Of a stretch of DNA of 64,000 bases, positions 1 to 12,300 are shown in pieces. Numbering within the stretch: the first letter of the stretch is position 1; each line of letters starts with the position of its first letter. This stretch comes from Mobula hypostoma (Eukaryota). The stretch spans positions 13,330,001-13,394,000 of the forward strand of contig NC_086110.1 of NCBI RefSeq assembly GCF_963921235.1, read 5' to 3'. The position numbers and the translations under genes were made by a program. The notes beneath the pieces are model-generated. The model had not been told where the DNA came from. It was given only the letters and a program-made list of their open reading frames with translations, and searched no databases.

Positions 1-1591
1 ACTCCGCACATTGACAATGAAGTTGAATCTAATTTAATCTAATCTAAAAAAAAAATCTTGAACGTTCCAGTTTGAACTTAGATATTACTCTCAGAAGCCG
101 TCCTTCATTTCGGGAAGTGCTACAAACGCTGATAGAAGTTTCAAAGGAGTTCAACTATAATGAAGCCAGTGGTATATGGCAACCTTGTTCTGGTGATGTG
201 TAAAGTTGCTGCAGCAAATATCTCTATGTAAAAGTAAAAATATGCGCTCAAATTGGGAAAGTAATTAACGAACACAAAAAAAACGTTTCCAGTTGTAGAC
301 AGATGGGTATACAACCGATAAAAAATTAATATATGCTAACAGGAGAATCCAGGTAGGACAAATTTAATAACATTGAACTGCTGGAACTCTGAAGTGAAAC
401 AAACAAATAAAACACAATGTAGATCAGTAAACACGAGAGCAAAGAGAAACGGTTCAAGTTTACATTGCTCTCTGGGAAGCGGTGTTCAATATGAAAGGAC
501 AACGTTTTCTCTTTCCCAAGATGTCGTTGGAGATTTTCAACTTCTGGATTAAGTCCAAAATGTGAGATGACAATACATTTATATGTTGTAGGCATTTCTT
601 TCATAATTGAGGACGATAATCATTCAGCGTAGCCTCGTGGAGTATTAAGCGCCTTGTGGAGTTTCGTTACATGTGGGTATCATTGTGCACCAGATACTAC
701 ACGGTTTATTAGAAGCATATTGGATTCCATTGCAGGTCATGCACTGCTCTGCAGCTCTTTGTTGGGAATCGGAGTTAAAAACTACATATGACTTTCCAAA
801 GCAAGTATTCGTTGCATTTTCAATTTTGATTGCTGTGCCTTCAAATCAGATGTAGCATATATTGCCGGATTTCTAACTTTTGGGATACTGGGAGGATTGG
901 GGGTAGTTTTGAATTATGGGGTTTATTGCGGGATTATTTTCTTCAGTTTTATTCACTTCTTGTATTTTTTCCCATTATGGAGTTCCGGAACACGCCTGTT
1001 TTCTATATGGTTACACTCATCACCGCCATCTTTGATTCGCCCGCGTTGGTATGCGTGTAAAGAACAATATTTTATGGTAGTTAAACAGATAAACGCTATT
1101 AGTTGGAACGTATGTGGCTGGAATCACCCTATCAAGAGAAAGAGGACCTTTCAAATTATTAATCGATTCCAGCCCGATATAATTTTTGCTGACTAAACGC
1201 CTATCAGAACGGGTGATCAAAATAGATATTTTAAAACGTGGAAAGGCCTTCAATACCATGCTACCCGTCAAAATAAAACAAAGGGAGTATCTATTTTTAT
1301 TAAATCTAGTATTTTATTTATCCAAGAAGACATCATCTCAGATATTAATGGTAGATTTTTAATTGTTGAAGGAACAATTTGTAGTAGAAAATTGTCCTGG
1401 TTCATCTATATGGAGCTATTGCAGATGATGCTGCTTTTTTAAAAAATGTATTTGGTTTATTACGAGACTTAAAAGAATATATGTTGCTGATTAGGGGTGA
1501 CTTCCACTGTTGTTTAAATGCTTTAATCGACAAGAGTTTAACCAATCAGCAGCTTCCAAGTTGTTCAGCATCACTTATTAAATCCTTTTTT

Positions 1592-2135
1592 GGTCCCCTA
1601 ATCTGAGGAAAGACATCCTTGCCATAGAGGGAGTACAAAGAAGGTTCACCAGATTGATTCCTGGGATGGCAGGACTTTCATATGAAGAAAGACTGGATGA
1701 ACTGGGCTTGTACTCGTTGGAATTTAGAAGATTGAGGGGGGGGGGATCTGATTGAAACGTATAAGATCCTAAAGGGATTGGACAGGCTAGATGCAGGAAG
1801 ATTGTTCCCGATGTTGGGGAAGTCCAGAACGAGGGGCCACAGTTTGAGGATAGAGGGGAAGCCTTTTAGGACCGAAATGAGGAAAAACTTCTTCACACAG
1901 AGAGTGGTGAATCTGTGGAATTCTCTGCCACAGGAAACAGTTGAGGACAGTTCATTGGCTATATTTAAGAGGGAGTTAGCTATGGCCCTTGTGGCTACGG
2001 GGGTCAGAGGGTATGGAGGGAAGGCTGGGGCGGGGTTCTGAGTTGGATGATCAGCCATGATCATAATAAATGGCGGTGCAGGCTCGAAGGGCCGAATGGC
2101 CTACTCCTGCACCTATTTTCTATGTTTCTATGTTT
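1592..2135 (+). mobile_element. 5'-truncated CR1 LINE inserted in L1 ORF2
   Basis: DRLDAGRLFP..TRGHSLRIEGKPFRTEMRKNFFTQRVVNLWNSLP and a (TTTCTATG)n tail. The L1 frame resumes after it. Confidence 0.92.
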
Positions 2136-5100
2136 CTTTTCAATTGATTATGGTTTGATTGAAATCTGGAGAAATCTACCTCCTAATGATAGAGATTATT
2201 CTTTTTATTCACATATTCATAAAATATTCGAGAATTCATTATTTTATAGCTGATTTCCGATGTTTGTCCAAAGTCCAGAAATGTGAACATGACGCTATTG
2301 TTGTTTTGGATCATGCACCTTTAAGCTTAACTTTTGAATTGAATGATGTTGGTAATGTAAACTTGTCTTGGCGTTTTCCAGAAAATTCATTACAAAGTTC
2401 GGACTTTGTGAAATTTATTGTGACCCAGATTTTTTTTTTCTTTTTATAAGATGAGACATGTGTCGAAATAGATTATATGAGATACATTTAAAGCATATTT
2501 GCGAGGTCAGATAATCTCCTATTTGGCGAAGCTTAAGAAACAGACGAAAGTAGCGTTGGATATGATTTCAAAACAAATTAAAGACTTAGATAATACTTAT
2601 GCAGTCTGTCCTAATATTGATTTATTTAAACAAAGGGTTGAACTTCAATCACAATATAATGTACTATTAACTTATCGTACTGAAGTAAATTTGCGTAATT
2701 AAAAAGTCAATTTTATGTGTTTGGAGATGAAAGTATTAAGCTATTAGCATCCCAACTAAAGGCAGCTAGAGGTAAAAGACAAATTTTAAAAATTCGTAAA
2801 GGAGATGATAGTGTAGCTTGTAATTATGAAGACATTAATACAATTTTTCAAGACTTTTACAGGGAACTCAATGAATCTCAGTTTCCAGCTGATCCTTCTA
2901 AAATGAATGCCTTTGTACAAAAGATTGACTTTCCTAAAATATCTGTTGAAGATCAACAAACTCTTGATACTCCTCTTACTGAAAAAGAAATTCAGAAAGC
3001 TATTTTTTTAATGTAATCTGGTAAAGCTCCTCGATTGGATGGTTTTTCTGTAGGATTTTATTGAAAAAATAAAGAATTGCTTACTCCTTATATGTTGGAA
3101 AAGCTTAAGGGTTTTTTTTTGTTAGGAGCGTTACCTTTCACATTTTATGAAGCTTCTATCTCTTTAATTCCTGAGAAAGATAAAGACCCTACTGGTTGCA
3201 TTTCATATAGACCTATCTCATTATTAAATGTGGATGTGAAAATTCTTTCAAAAATAATGGCTAATGGACTGGAGAATATTCTAGCTAAAATGATTTCTCA
3301 GGACCAAACAGGTTTTATGAAAGGCCGTTATTCCTTTTCTAAATCTCGGAGACTGTTAAATAGTATATACTCATCCCTTTCTAGGACTCCCCAATGTGTT
3401 GTTTCTCTTGATGCTGTAAAGGCATTTGATGGAGTTGAATGGAAATGCTTATTTAACGTTTTAGAGAAATTCAACTTAGGTACTAATTTTAATGAGTGGA
3501 ATAGAATGATATATAAAAGCCCTATTGCCACTGTTATTACTAATAATTGCAGATCCCCTTTTTTCACCTTTCGCCAGGTACGAGGCAAGCATGTCCGTTA
3601 AGTCCCTTGTTATTTAATTCGGTATTGGAACCTTTAGCTATTGCCTTCATGAAACTAAAGATCTTCAAGGAATTTACATAAATGGGACTATTCGTAAGAT
3701 CTCTCTTTGTGCTGATGATCTCTTAGTTTATGTTTCGAATCCTGTAGAATCCATTCCTAGTTTATAGAAATTATTAAATGAATTTGGAAAGTTTTCAGGA
3801 TATAAACTAAACCTGCATAAAAGTGAATTATTTCCTCTAAATGATTCTGCTTCTATATATGATGACATTCCTTTCAAAAATTACGCACTCTTTCAAGTAT
3901 TTAGGTATTATCATCACTAAGAAATGTGGAGACCTTTATAGAGCTACTTTAGCTCCCTTGGTGGATTTTATGGAGCAATTAGTTTCTAGATGGAATCTAT
4001 TTATACTTTCGTTAACCGGTCGAATTCATGCATTTTAAATGATGATTTTACCAACATTCTTTTATGTATTTCAAAATATTCATTTTTTTAACTAAGAAAT
4101 TTTTTGATCAGGTTGACTCTATTATTTAATCTTTTGTTTGGAATAATAAAAGACCAAGAATTGGAAAATATAATTTACAAAAATTAAGAAAGGATGGTGG
4201 TCTTGCTCTGCCTAATTTAAGAATGTATTATTGGGCGGTTAATATACTTTATGCGTCTTCTTGGTTATATTGGACTAATTAAAATGAACGAGCACCTTGA
4301 TTTGATTTGAATTTGAAAGCTGTGAAACCATTTTACCTAACCTGGTTATTAGGAGCCTCTTTACCTTTACAACTAGCCAAAATTTCTATTCTAAATTTAT
4401 ATCCTATGATTAAGCAGTCATTAGGAATTTGTAGCAGTTTTGTAATTTTTATAATCTTAAAAAAATAACCTTCTGAGTTTAATTTATCGAAACTATTTAT
4501 TTAAACTTTCACTTAGAGATCCTACCTTTTTTCTTTGGAGGAATAAAGGAATATATTCCTTCATGGATCTGTTCCAAGAAGGCCCATTGATGCCCTTTGA
4601 GAAATTAGTAACTAAATATTCTCTCTCGGACTCACATTTCTTGCAAAATCTTCAGGTCACATATTTCTTACAAGAATATTTCAGTAATTTTCCATATATA
4701 CAAGATTCTGACCTGTTAGACACTATTTTAAAAATGAATCCTTTAGTGAAAGGGTTTATAGGGAAAATTTATAATTTACTATTACAACAGGATAATTATC
4801 CTTTACTTAAAATTAAGCAAGATTGGGAAAGAGAGCTTAACATCACCTTGATAACAGAGGATTGATTGCGAATTTTGAAGTTGGTTAACTCTTTGTCGAT
4901 TTGTGCCAGTCACTCTCTAATTCAATTTAAACTTGTACATCGTTATTATTTGACAAAAGAGAGACTGTTTAAAATATTTTCTAATGTTTATAGTCAGTGT
5001 GATAGATATAAAACTGAGACAGCTGCATTGACACACACGTTTTGGTCGTGTTCTGTATTCAAACAGTTTTGGAAATCTATTTTTTCTACAATTTCTAAAG

Positions 5101-5603
5101 CTGTAAAAATCAATTTACGACCTAATAAATTGACAGTTTTGTTCGGTATAATCCCTCAATATATTCACGGTATTTCTATATCAGACCAACGTGTCATTGC
5201 AGTTGTCACATTCCTGGCCCGATGGGCTATTTTATTAAAATGGAAAGATGCCTCTTCTCCCACTTTGATGCCATGGTTCTCTCAGGTGATGCTATGTCTC
5301 AGTTTGGAGAAAATCAGAAGTCGAACTTCTGATCCTCGATTTGACTTTGAGAAAAGATAGGGCTCTTTTGCTCGCTCTATCATTTGATTTGAGTTAATTA
5401 AGATGTCCCCCTTCTGATTCTTGGGTAAATGGATTTGGTTGGCGGATTGATATCTTTCTTTTATGGAAGCGTGTATGGTGTATAGCTCCGGGTTTCTGCT
5501 CTCAATGTTTTTTTTTTTGTTCGTAGGGTTTTTGTTGTTTTAGTTAATAGGCGTTCTTTTTTTCTGCTTTATTTTTCCAAAAAAAAAATAGCTTTCACAT
5601 TTT

Positions 5604-5989
5604 AAAGTTGCTGATGAATGCAGCAGGCTAGGCAGCATCTCTAGGAAGAAGTGCAGTCGACGTTTCTGGCCGAGACCCTTCGTCAGGACTGGGTCTCCCT
5701 GGGCCTCCTGTCCCATGATCTTCTCATACCCCTTCTGCCGATCACCTGTCCAGGTCTTGGCTCCATCCCTCCCCGCCCTGTCTTCTCCTATGATTTTGGA
5801 TCTCTCCCTCCCCCTCCCACTTTTAAACCTCTAGCTAGCTCTTTCTTCAGTTAGTCCTGACGAAGGGTCTCGGCCTGAAACGTCGACTGTACCTCTTCCT
5901 AGAGATGCTGCCTGGCCTGCTGCGTTCACCAGCAACGTTGATGTGTGCCGCTTGAATTTTCAGCATCTGCAGAATTCCTCGTGTTTGAA
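5604..5989. mobile_element. Penelope-type inverted-repeat non-autonomous element
   Basis: Inverted arms (..gtcgacgtttctggccgagacccttcgtcaggact / agtcctgacgaagggtctcggcctgaaacgtcgac..) around a pyrimidine-rich core. Near-TSD CTTT(C/T)ACATTTT at 5592-5603 and 5990-6001. Confidence 0.7.
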
Positions 5990-6318
5990 CTTTTACATTT
6001 TGTTTTTTCTTATTATTATTGATATACTGTTTAGCTTGGTTGATAGCTTAACTCTGATTTTACAAATTTATATGTTGACTTGATCAATTTATGTTTTTTG
6101 TTGCTTTATAAGAATAATTAATAAAAAAGATTTAAAAAAACATATATTGCGAAATGATTCATGCGTGTACTGTATTTTCCTATTGACCACTACACCGCGA
6201 TTCTCGTAAGCCGACATTTGACATTTAAAACATCTCAGTCTTTGATTTACGTTTAATTATTCGTCACACGAAGCATGTCTAACAGCCTAACTTCCATTAC
6301 TATATATTACCGTTCATC

Positions 6319-6351
6319 TTAAAGCAACTGGTTATGAACTATTGTGGAATC
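6319..6351 (-). CDS. Exon 6, terminal coding exon (DSTIVHNQLL*)
   Basis: Strong acceptor tgcttcctattgtctttcAG 189 nt after exon 5, phase 0, stop TAA at 6321-6319. A possible ATTAAA poly(A) signal lies at 6257-6252. Confidence 0.6.
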   Translation of the reverse strand, partial: DSTIVHNQLL

Positions 6352-9300
6352 CTGAAAGACAATAGGAAGCAGATTGAACAGGAATATTCATATCCACACT
6401 GGATATATACTTCAAAATAAAAAGTTGTCCGATAGTTTCATTCTTCCCTACTGCGTTCCAAATGTTTAAACAAAATAAATTTATAATATCTCTGCTATAC
6501 GTATACGCGGCTCTGAAAGAAGACAAGCCACTTCACCTACCGGCTCTTCATTCTGACATCTGTCCAAAGAACCTGTGTTTGTACCTTAAGAAAAATAAAC
6601 GAAATTATTTGTAATGTAAAAATTGGATATTATTCGTTTGATACCAATCGAATTCATGGCGTAAGAGGAACTGCGGAAGGTACGGATCTTTCAGAAAGCA
6701 TTTTGTGGTAGCAGTTGTCTTAATGCTGTGCATCAATATCATGGTGCTATGCTCAAGAGTCTTTACTTTTAACGAAGCTGTAAAGTGATAATAGTATATG
6801 AGTGGCTGTACTATATTTAAGTACTGTTGTTAAAATAGAAATTAAAATCAATGAGACATGCATGAGTTCGTCAATGTTCTTTATAAAGTGACAGCAAGCA
6901 TGGACCTACCCCAAGCTGCTTACGCTTCAAAATATAGACCTGCCATTGTATCCAAAACGACATTTGAAGTATTCCAAAGGGATATAACGGCATTTATGAA
7001 CAAGATACCGCATGTAAATACAGCGAGTAGACTGGTGGAATTAATGCATTTTGAGATCCAGCTTGTGTTGTGCCTGCTGATTATCAATGTAATCAGGTTC
7101 GACCATATCAATCCCTGTGTAATCATGCTGTACGACAGTTATTCTTTTTGAAGTTAAATATCTTTAGCGCATCAATTTTTCAGGAATAGATGTGATATTT
7201 CTCAGCAATCAGGGTTCTTACCTTGCGATCTCTTTAACTTGACTTTCACCAAAATTATTATCAGAGCTAAAATTGCCGATCCGCCCACTGCATATGCCAA
7301 ATTCAATTTAGTATTAGAGTCTTGTGGATCTATAGGGGGGAAACAAGAAACTGTAAAGCATTTATATATCTAAAGCCAAATGCACACGAGAATCAACAAT
7401 GTAAAATATCTTATAGTCTCCTTTGAAATCTCACTGCACAATATAGGAAAATATATCATTAGACAGGAAATGCAAATACCCACCTTTGTTATATCACGAT
7501 GAGATATAGAGTTTTCGTTTTGCTCAATTTTGTCAAACGTTCAGAAGTTTGCTATCTTACAACTACTGCACGAATTCAATTTCTTAATTCGTCCTACACG
7601 ATTTTAGCGAACGGAATAACACGTAAGTTTTTGAATACATTTCCCGTTCAATACTCGCTGTCAATTATTAAGCTTCAAAATTAGTCATTCTTCCGTGTTT
7701 GGGTAGCTGTTCAGTAACTGTTCTGAAGAAAGTCATATTGACCCCAGCACTTTGACTTGTAAGCGCTCCCATCTTACACTGAGCGCAAAAGATTGTGAAC
7801 ATGCTGAAATTCAGAATAGCACTAAAAATCCTGGAAGAACTTAGCCGATCAGGCAGATCTAAAATGTCGACGTTTAAGGCCGAGATCGAACATCAAGACA
7901 CCATCTTACCTTGGTCCTGGGTGTAACTGAAATTGGCAGGCACCGTGAGGGAGACATGCGACACCAGACAAGTGTAAACATCTTTTCCCCGAGTAGACTG
8001 TGTGATATTCAATAAACTAAATGCTCCGTACAAGCCGTCCACGCTCCGGTTTGTCACGCTTTCTATTCCAGTGCGAATTTGCTTGTTATTTCTTTGCCAA
8101 ACGAATTCTAATTTCTCCGGGTAGAAGGAAGCCGTTTTACAAAGGAGCTTTCGAGGAGACGAAAACCCTCCAACAGGAACAATTTCCACTGGAGATGGAG
8201 GAGCTTGGGTAAAAACAAAGTTATATTGGGTATTTTCGATCCATTTCAGTACAGGTAGATCCCTTTATCTCCCCGCCAACTAGCATGACACTCAACTATC
8301 AAATTAGTTTCCCACCAGTATTGACGAGTATTTAATAAATTATTTCAATTTCACGTTCAGTTTATTGTTTTTCAACCATACACACACACTCCGAAGCGAA
8401 CCTTTGTTCTTCTGGGGCTCAGTTGCAAAAACAGTATATATAGTCACATACAGCACATGTAGTTACCATCCAGCACTGACAGTCACAAAATAAGCAAAAT
8501 AAAATACAGTCAGTTTGGGATAAGGATGAAAGGAAGAGTTCAGAGAATACACCTCGACGGCGAGGCTAAGAGGTCCGAAGTGTGGAGCATTCTCTTTTGA
8601 ATGGTATTTGAGTTTCATTGCACATTTGGGCTTGCGGCAGGCGTTGGCTTTGAAAACCTGACTACAATTGGATTTTTAATTTCCTATCAAGACTGAGCTA
8701 CAAAACCCAAAATATCACAGATTTCTATAGTACGAATGCACATGGAGTTTAATATTCTGGCAGCTCAGCTGCTTAGGCAGTTTTTCAAGTCTTGGGGTTG
8801 AGCTTTCTAGTCATAAGCATTCAGTAATAGAGACTACCCCGGAATGTGAACCATTCCTGGAACAGTTACCCCGTATTGAACGTGACAAATCATCTCCTCC
8901 GTGAAACATCCAGTCATCCAAATGCAAATTATATTAAGTTGATTGATTCTACAGCTCTATCCTTTCTAAAGCCTGAAGACCTGCAGCAAAATGGTCGACA
9001 GTGACTTGGCACTGCTATAGGATCATTTGTGGAAATGATGCCTTGTAGAGGGTCAGTCAGGAATTGAACAACTTCAATTTCACTATGCTCAGTGTTTACT
9101 AAAACTTGAGCCCAATTTTAAGATTTTGTAAACGTGGACCACTTCCGCCACAGCTATGGTCGGTGTCTAAAAGGGTAGATTCAATAGTTAGATTGTTTTA
9201 TCTGTTTATCACAGCAGTTAGGGTTTCGCACTGCCTACAATAGTCATCCTGAGCGTTGCCTGACTCCACTTCCCACGCCAATACCGACGTCAACGTTCTT

Positions 9301-12300
9301 GGCTTTCTCAAATTCTAGGTGAAGGACAATTCTAAGGTGAAAAAAAATCGAAGGGCTTCGACAGATATAAGCATAAAGGGATAGCGACAGACAAAATTGA
9401 TCCATTTGAAGATCAGCGGGTTTAACAATGCATGGAGCCGAAAGAGCTTGGACCTTATATATTTCCATTCGTATTTATTCGGGAGACGTACACAGAGACT
9501 AAGGCAAAACAGAAAGAGTATCATGGCCCATATACCGATTACAGTCTTGAGGCAAATTAGGGTGTAGAAGTCCCCAGAACATGGCAAGGTGTCCCATCGG
9601 ACCTTTTCGAAAGCTAGTGCAGGAAGTGAAAGGGCCCCGATAGAGGTATTCAAAATGTCCTTACCCGTGGGTAAAATGCCGGAGGACTAGAGTAAACTAA
9701 TGTTTTAAGACCATATAACTATAGGATATAGGAGCCTAATTAGGCCCTTTGGCCCACCAAGTTTGCTCTGCCATTTCATCATTGCTAATATATTCTGTTC
9801 AGCCCCAATCTCCTGCCTTCTCCCCATAGCTCGTCATGCTCTAACCAATCAGGAATCTATCAACCTCTGCTTGAAATATCCATAAAGGTTTGGTCTCCAT
9901 ACCTGCCTGTAGCAAAAAAAAAAAAAAAAATCCACGGGTCCTGGACTCTCTGGCCATAGGCTGTCCTCTTCATCTCCTCTGGTCTTAGACTCTCCCACCA
10001 TAAGAAGCATCCTCTCCACATCCACACAATCAAGGGCTTTCACCTTTCTTAAGGGTTCAATGCCGTTGCCCCTATTTTTTTTTCTGAACTCTAGTGAAAT
10101 GAGGCCTAGAGCCATAAAACGTTCTTCATATGATTAGCTATTGAAGTTTGGAATCATTGTCATAAACCTCCTTTGAATCTTCTCCAGTTTCAGCATATTC
10201 TTTCCAAGAAAAGGGGTGTAAAACTGCCCACAATACGGCGTGACGCCTCACCAGTGCTTTATAAAGTCTGAATCCTACATTCTGGCTTATATATTCTATT
10301 CCTCTTGGAATGAATGCGACCATTGCATTTACCTTCCTGACCACAGACGCAACCTGTATGAAATACTGCACACGGACTCGCAAGTCCCTTTGCACCTCAG
10401 TGTTTTTTGTGTTTTCTCTCCAGTTGGAAAATATTCAAAACTTTCACACCCTCCACCAAACTGCGTGCCCACACACTTTTCGACACTGTATTCCATCGGC
10501 CATTTCCTGGCCTGTCCTCCTAATCTGTCTCAGTCCTTCTGTAGCTTCTCTATTTCCTAAAACTACTTGGCTGTCGACCTCTCTTCATATCGTCCGCAAA
10601 CTTTGCAACAAACCATCAATTCCATCGTCCATATCATTGACATGTGACCTTAAACGAATTGGTTACAACACAGACCCCTGTGGAACACCTTTAGTCACGA
10701 GCAGCCAACCAGAAAATGCTCCCTTTATTCCCATACTTTGTCTCTTACCAACCAGCCACTGCTTTATCCACCCTAGAAGTTTTCCTAAAATACTTTGAGC
10801 TAGTAGCTTGTTTAACAGCCTTGTGTGTGGTACTTTGTCAAAGGCCTTCTGAAAATCTAAGTACACAACAACCAATTGCCTATCTTTATCTATCCGGCTT
10901 TTTATTATTTCAAATATTTCAATCAGATTTGTCTGGTGAGAGTTTCCTTTGAGGAAATCATGCTGACAATGGCGTGTTTTATTATGTGTCTCTAAGTCAC
11001 CTAAGACCTGATCCTTAATGATGGACTCCAACATCTTGTCAACCAGTGAGGTCCGAGTGATCGGCCTATAGTTTCCCTTTTCTGCCTCCTTGCCTTCTTG
11101 AAGAGTGGAGTGACATTTGAAAATTTCCAGTCTTCCAGAACCATTCCAGAATCTAGTAATTCTTGAAAGACCTTTACTGATGCCTCCAGAATCTCTCAGC
11201 AACTTCTATCAGAATCATGAGATGTACATAATCTGGTCTAGGTGAATTACCTACTTTCAGACCTTTCAGTTTCCTAATAACTTGCTCTCCAATTATGTCT
11301 CTAGTTTTGCCGTTGTTCAAGGTAGACTGTCGGAATAAGCCGGGATATTATAGACTAGTTGGTATTACAGTAAAGCGGGTGATTTATTGGAAGATATTCC
11401 AAAGATTAGGATATATAAATATATAGATAGACTGGGCTTGTTTGGGAATAAGCAATATCATTTTGTGCAATGTAGGCTCTGTCTGACCAATCTTAATGAG
11501 CTTTTCGAGCGGGTTACCATAGATCTTTGATAACAGTGGATATGGTCAACATGGATTTTAGCAAAGGAACGTCGACTCAGACCATGAGACGACTGCGTCG
11601 GGCATTTTCATGCTCTACAAAACGCAGATTGGAAGTCTGTGTGGGGCGCCACTCCTCGCACAGACTAGAGCAATGAGTGATAAAGTTCCTTGCTCAAGGG
11701 CAACACACACGCGGCCACAGCTCAGACTCGAAGTAACGACGTTGAGATAACTAGACGAACGCCTTAACCACTTGGCCACGTGCCCAACACTTTGGAAATG
11801 TTCCGCATGGGGATAGTGGGCTAATCAAGTACGTTCGCTTGGCATTCAGGATGAAGGAGTAAATTGTGTCTGACGTTGGCTTCGCGGGAGAAGCCAGAGT
11901 ATGGCAGTAGATAGTTGTTCTTTGAACGAAGGCCTTTAACTGGTGGTGTGCCACATGGTGATCAAAGCTTGCAGCGGGTTAAGGACCAGGTGTAAAAACG
12001 GGCTGAAAATAGCAGATAGGATTTAATGAAGGTAATTGTAAGCTGTTGTTCTTTGAGAAGACAAACCATTCTCGGATATACACATTGAACGAAACTGGCA
12101 TTGAGGAGTGCGGTAAAAAATGATCTTGGAATTATAGATCGATAATTCATTGAAAATGGAGTCAAAGGCGGATGGTATCGTAAAGATAACCTTTGTCATA
12201 TTGGCCTTCATATATCAGAGTATTGAGTGTAGAAGTTGGGATGCCATGCTGAAGATGTATTAGACGTCAGTGAGAACAAATTTGGAGTATTGTTCGCAGT

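Larger units (their letters stand above)
1074..6140 (+). mobile_element. Degraded L1-clade LINE: ORF2 (EN-RT-C-terminus) plus 3' UTR and A-rich tail
   Basis: ISWNVCGWNHPIKRK (APE endonuclease start), SYRPISLLNVDVKIL..DQTGF..VSLDAVKAFD (RT), C-terminal CxRC..LTHTFWSC region, and AATAAAAAAGATTTAAAAAAA at ~6120. Many stops and frameshifts. Confidence 0.9.

Noticed and set aside
326-604. 92-aa ORF with a hydrophobic stretch
   Set aside because: The hydrophobicity comes from a T-rich tract, with no supporting exon structure or homology.
6494-6512. Alternative last exon SRVYV* for the receptor
   Set aside because: It would need a 28-nt intron, too short for spliceosomal removal.
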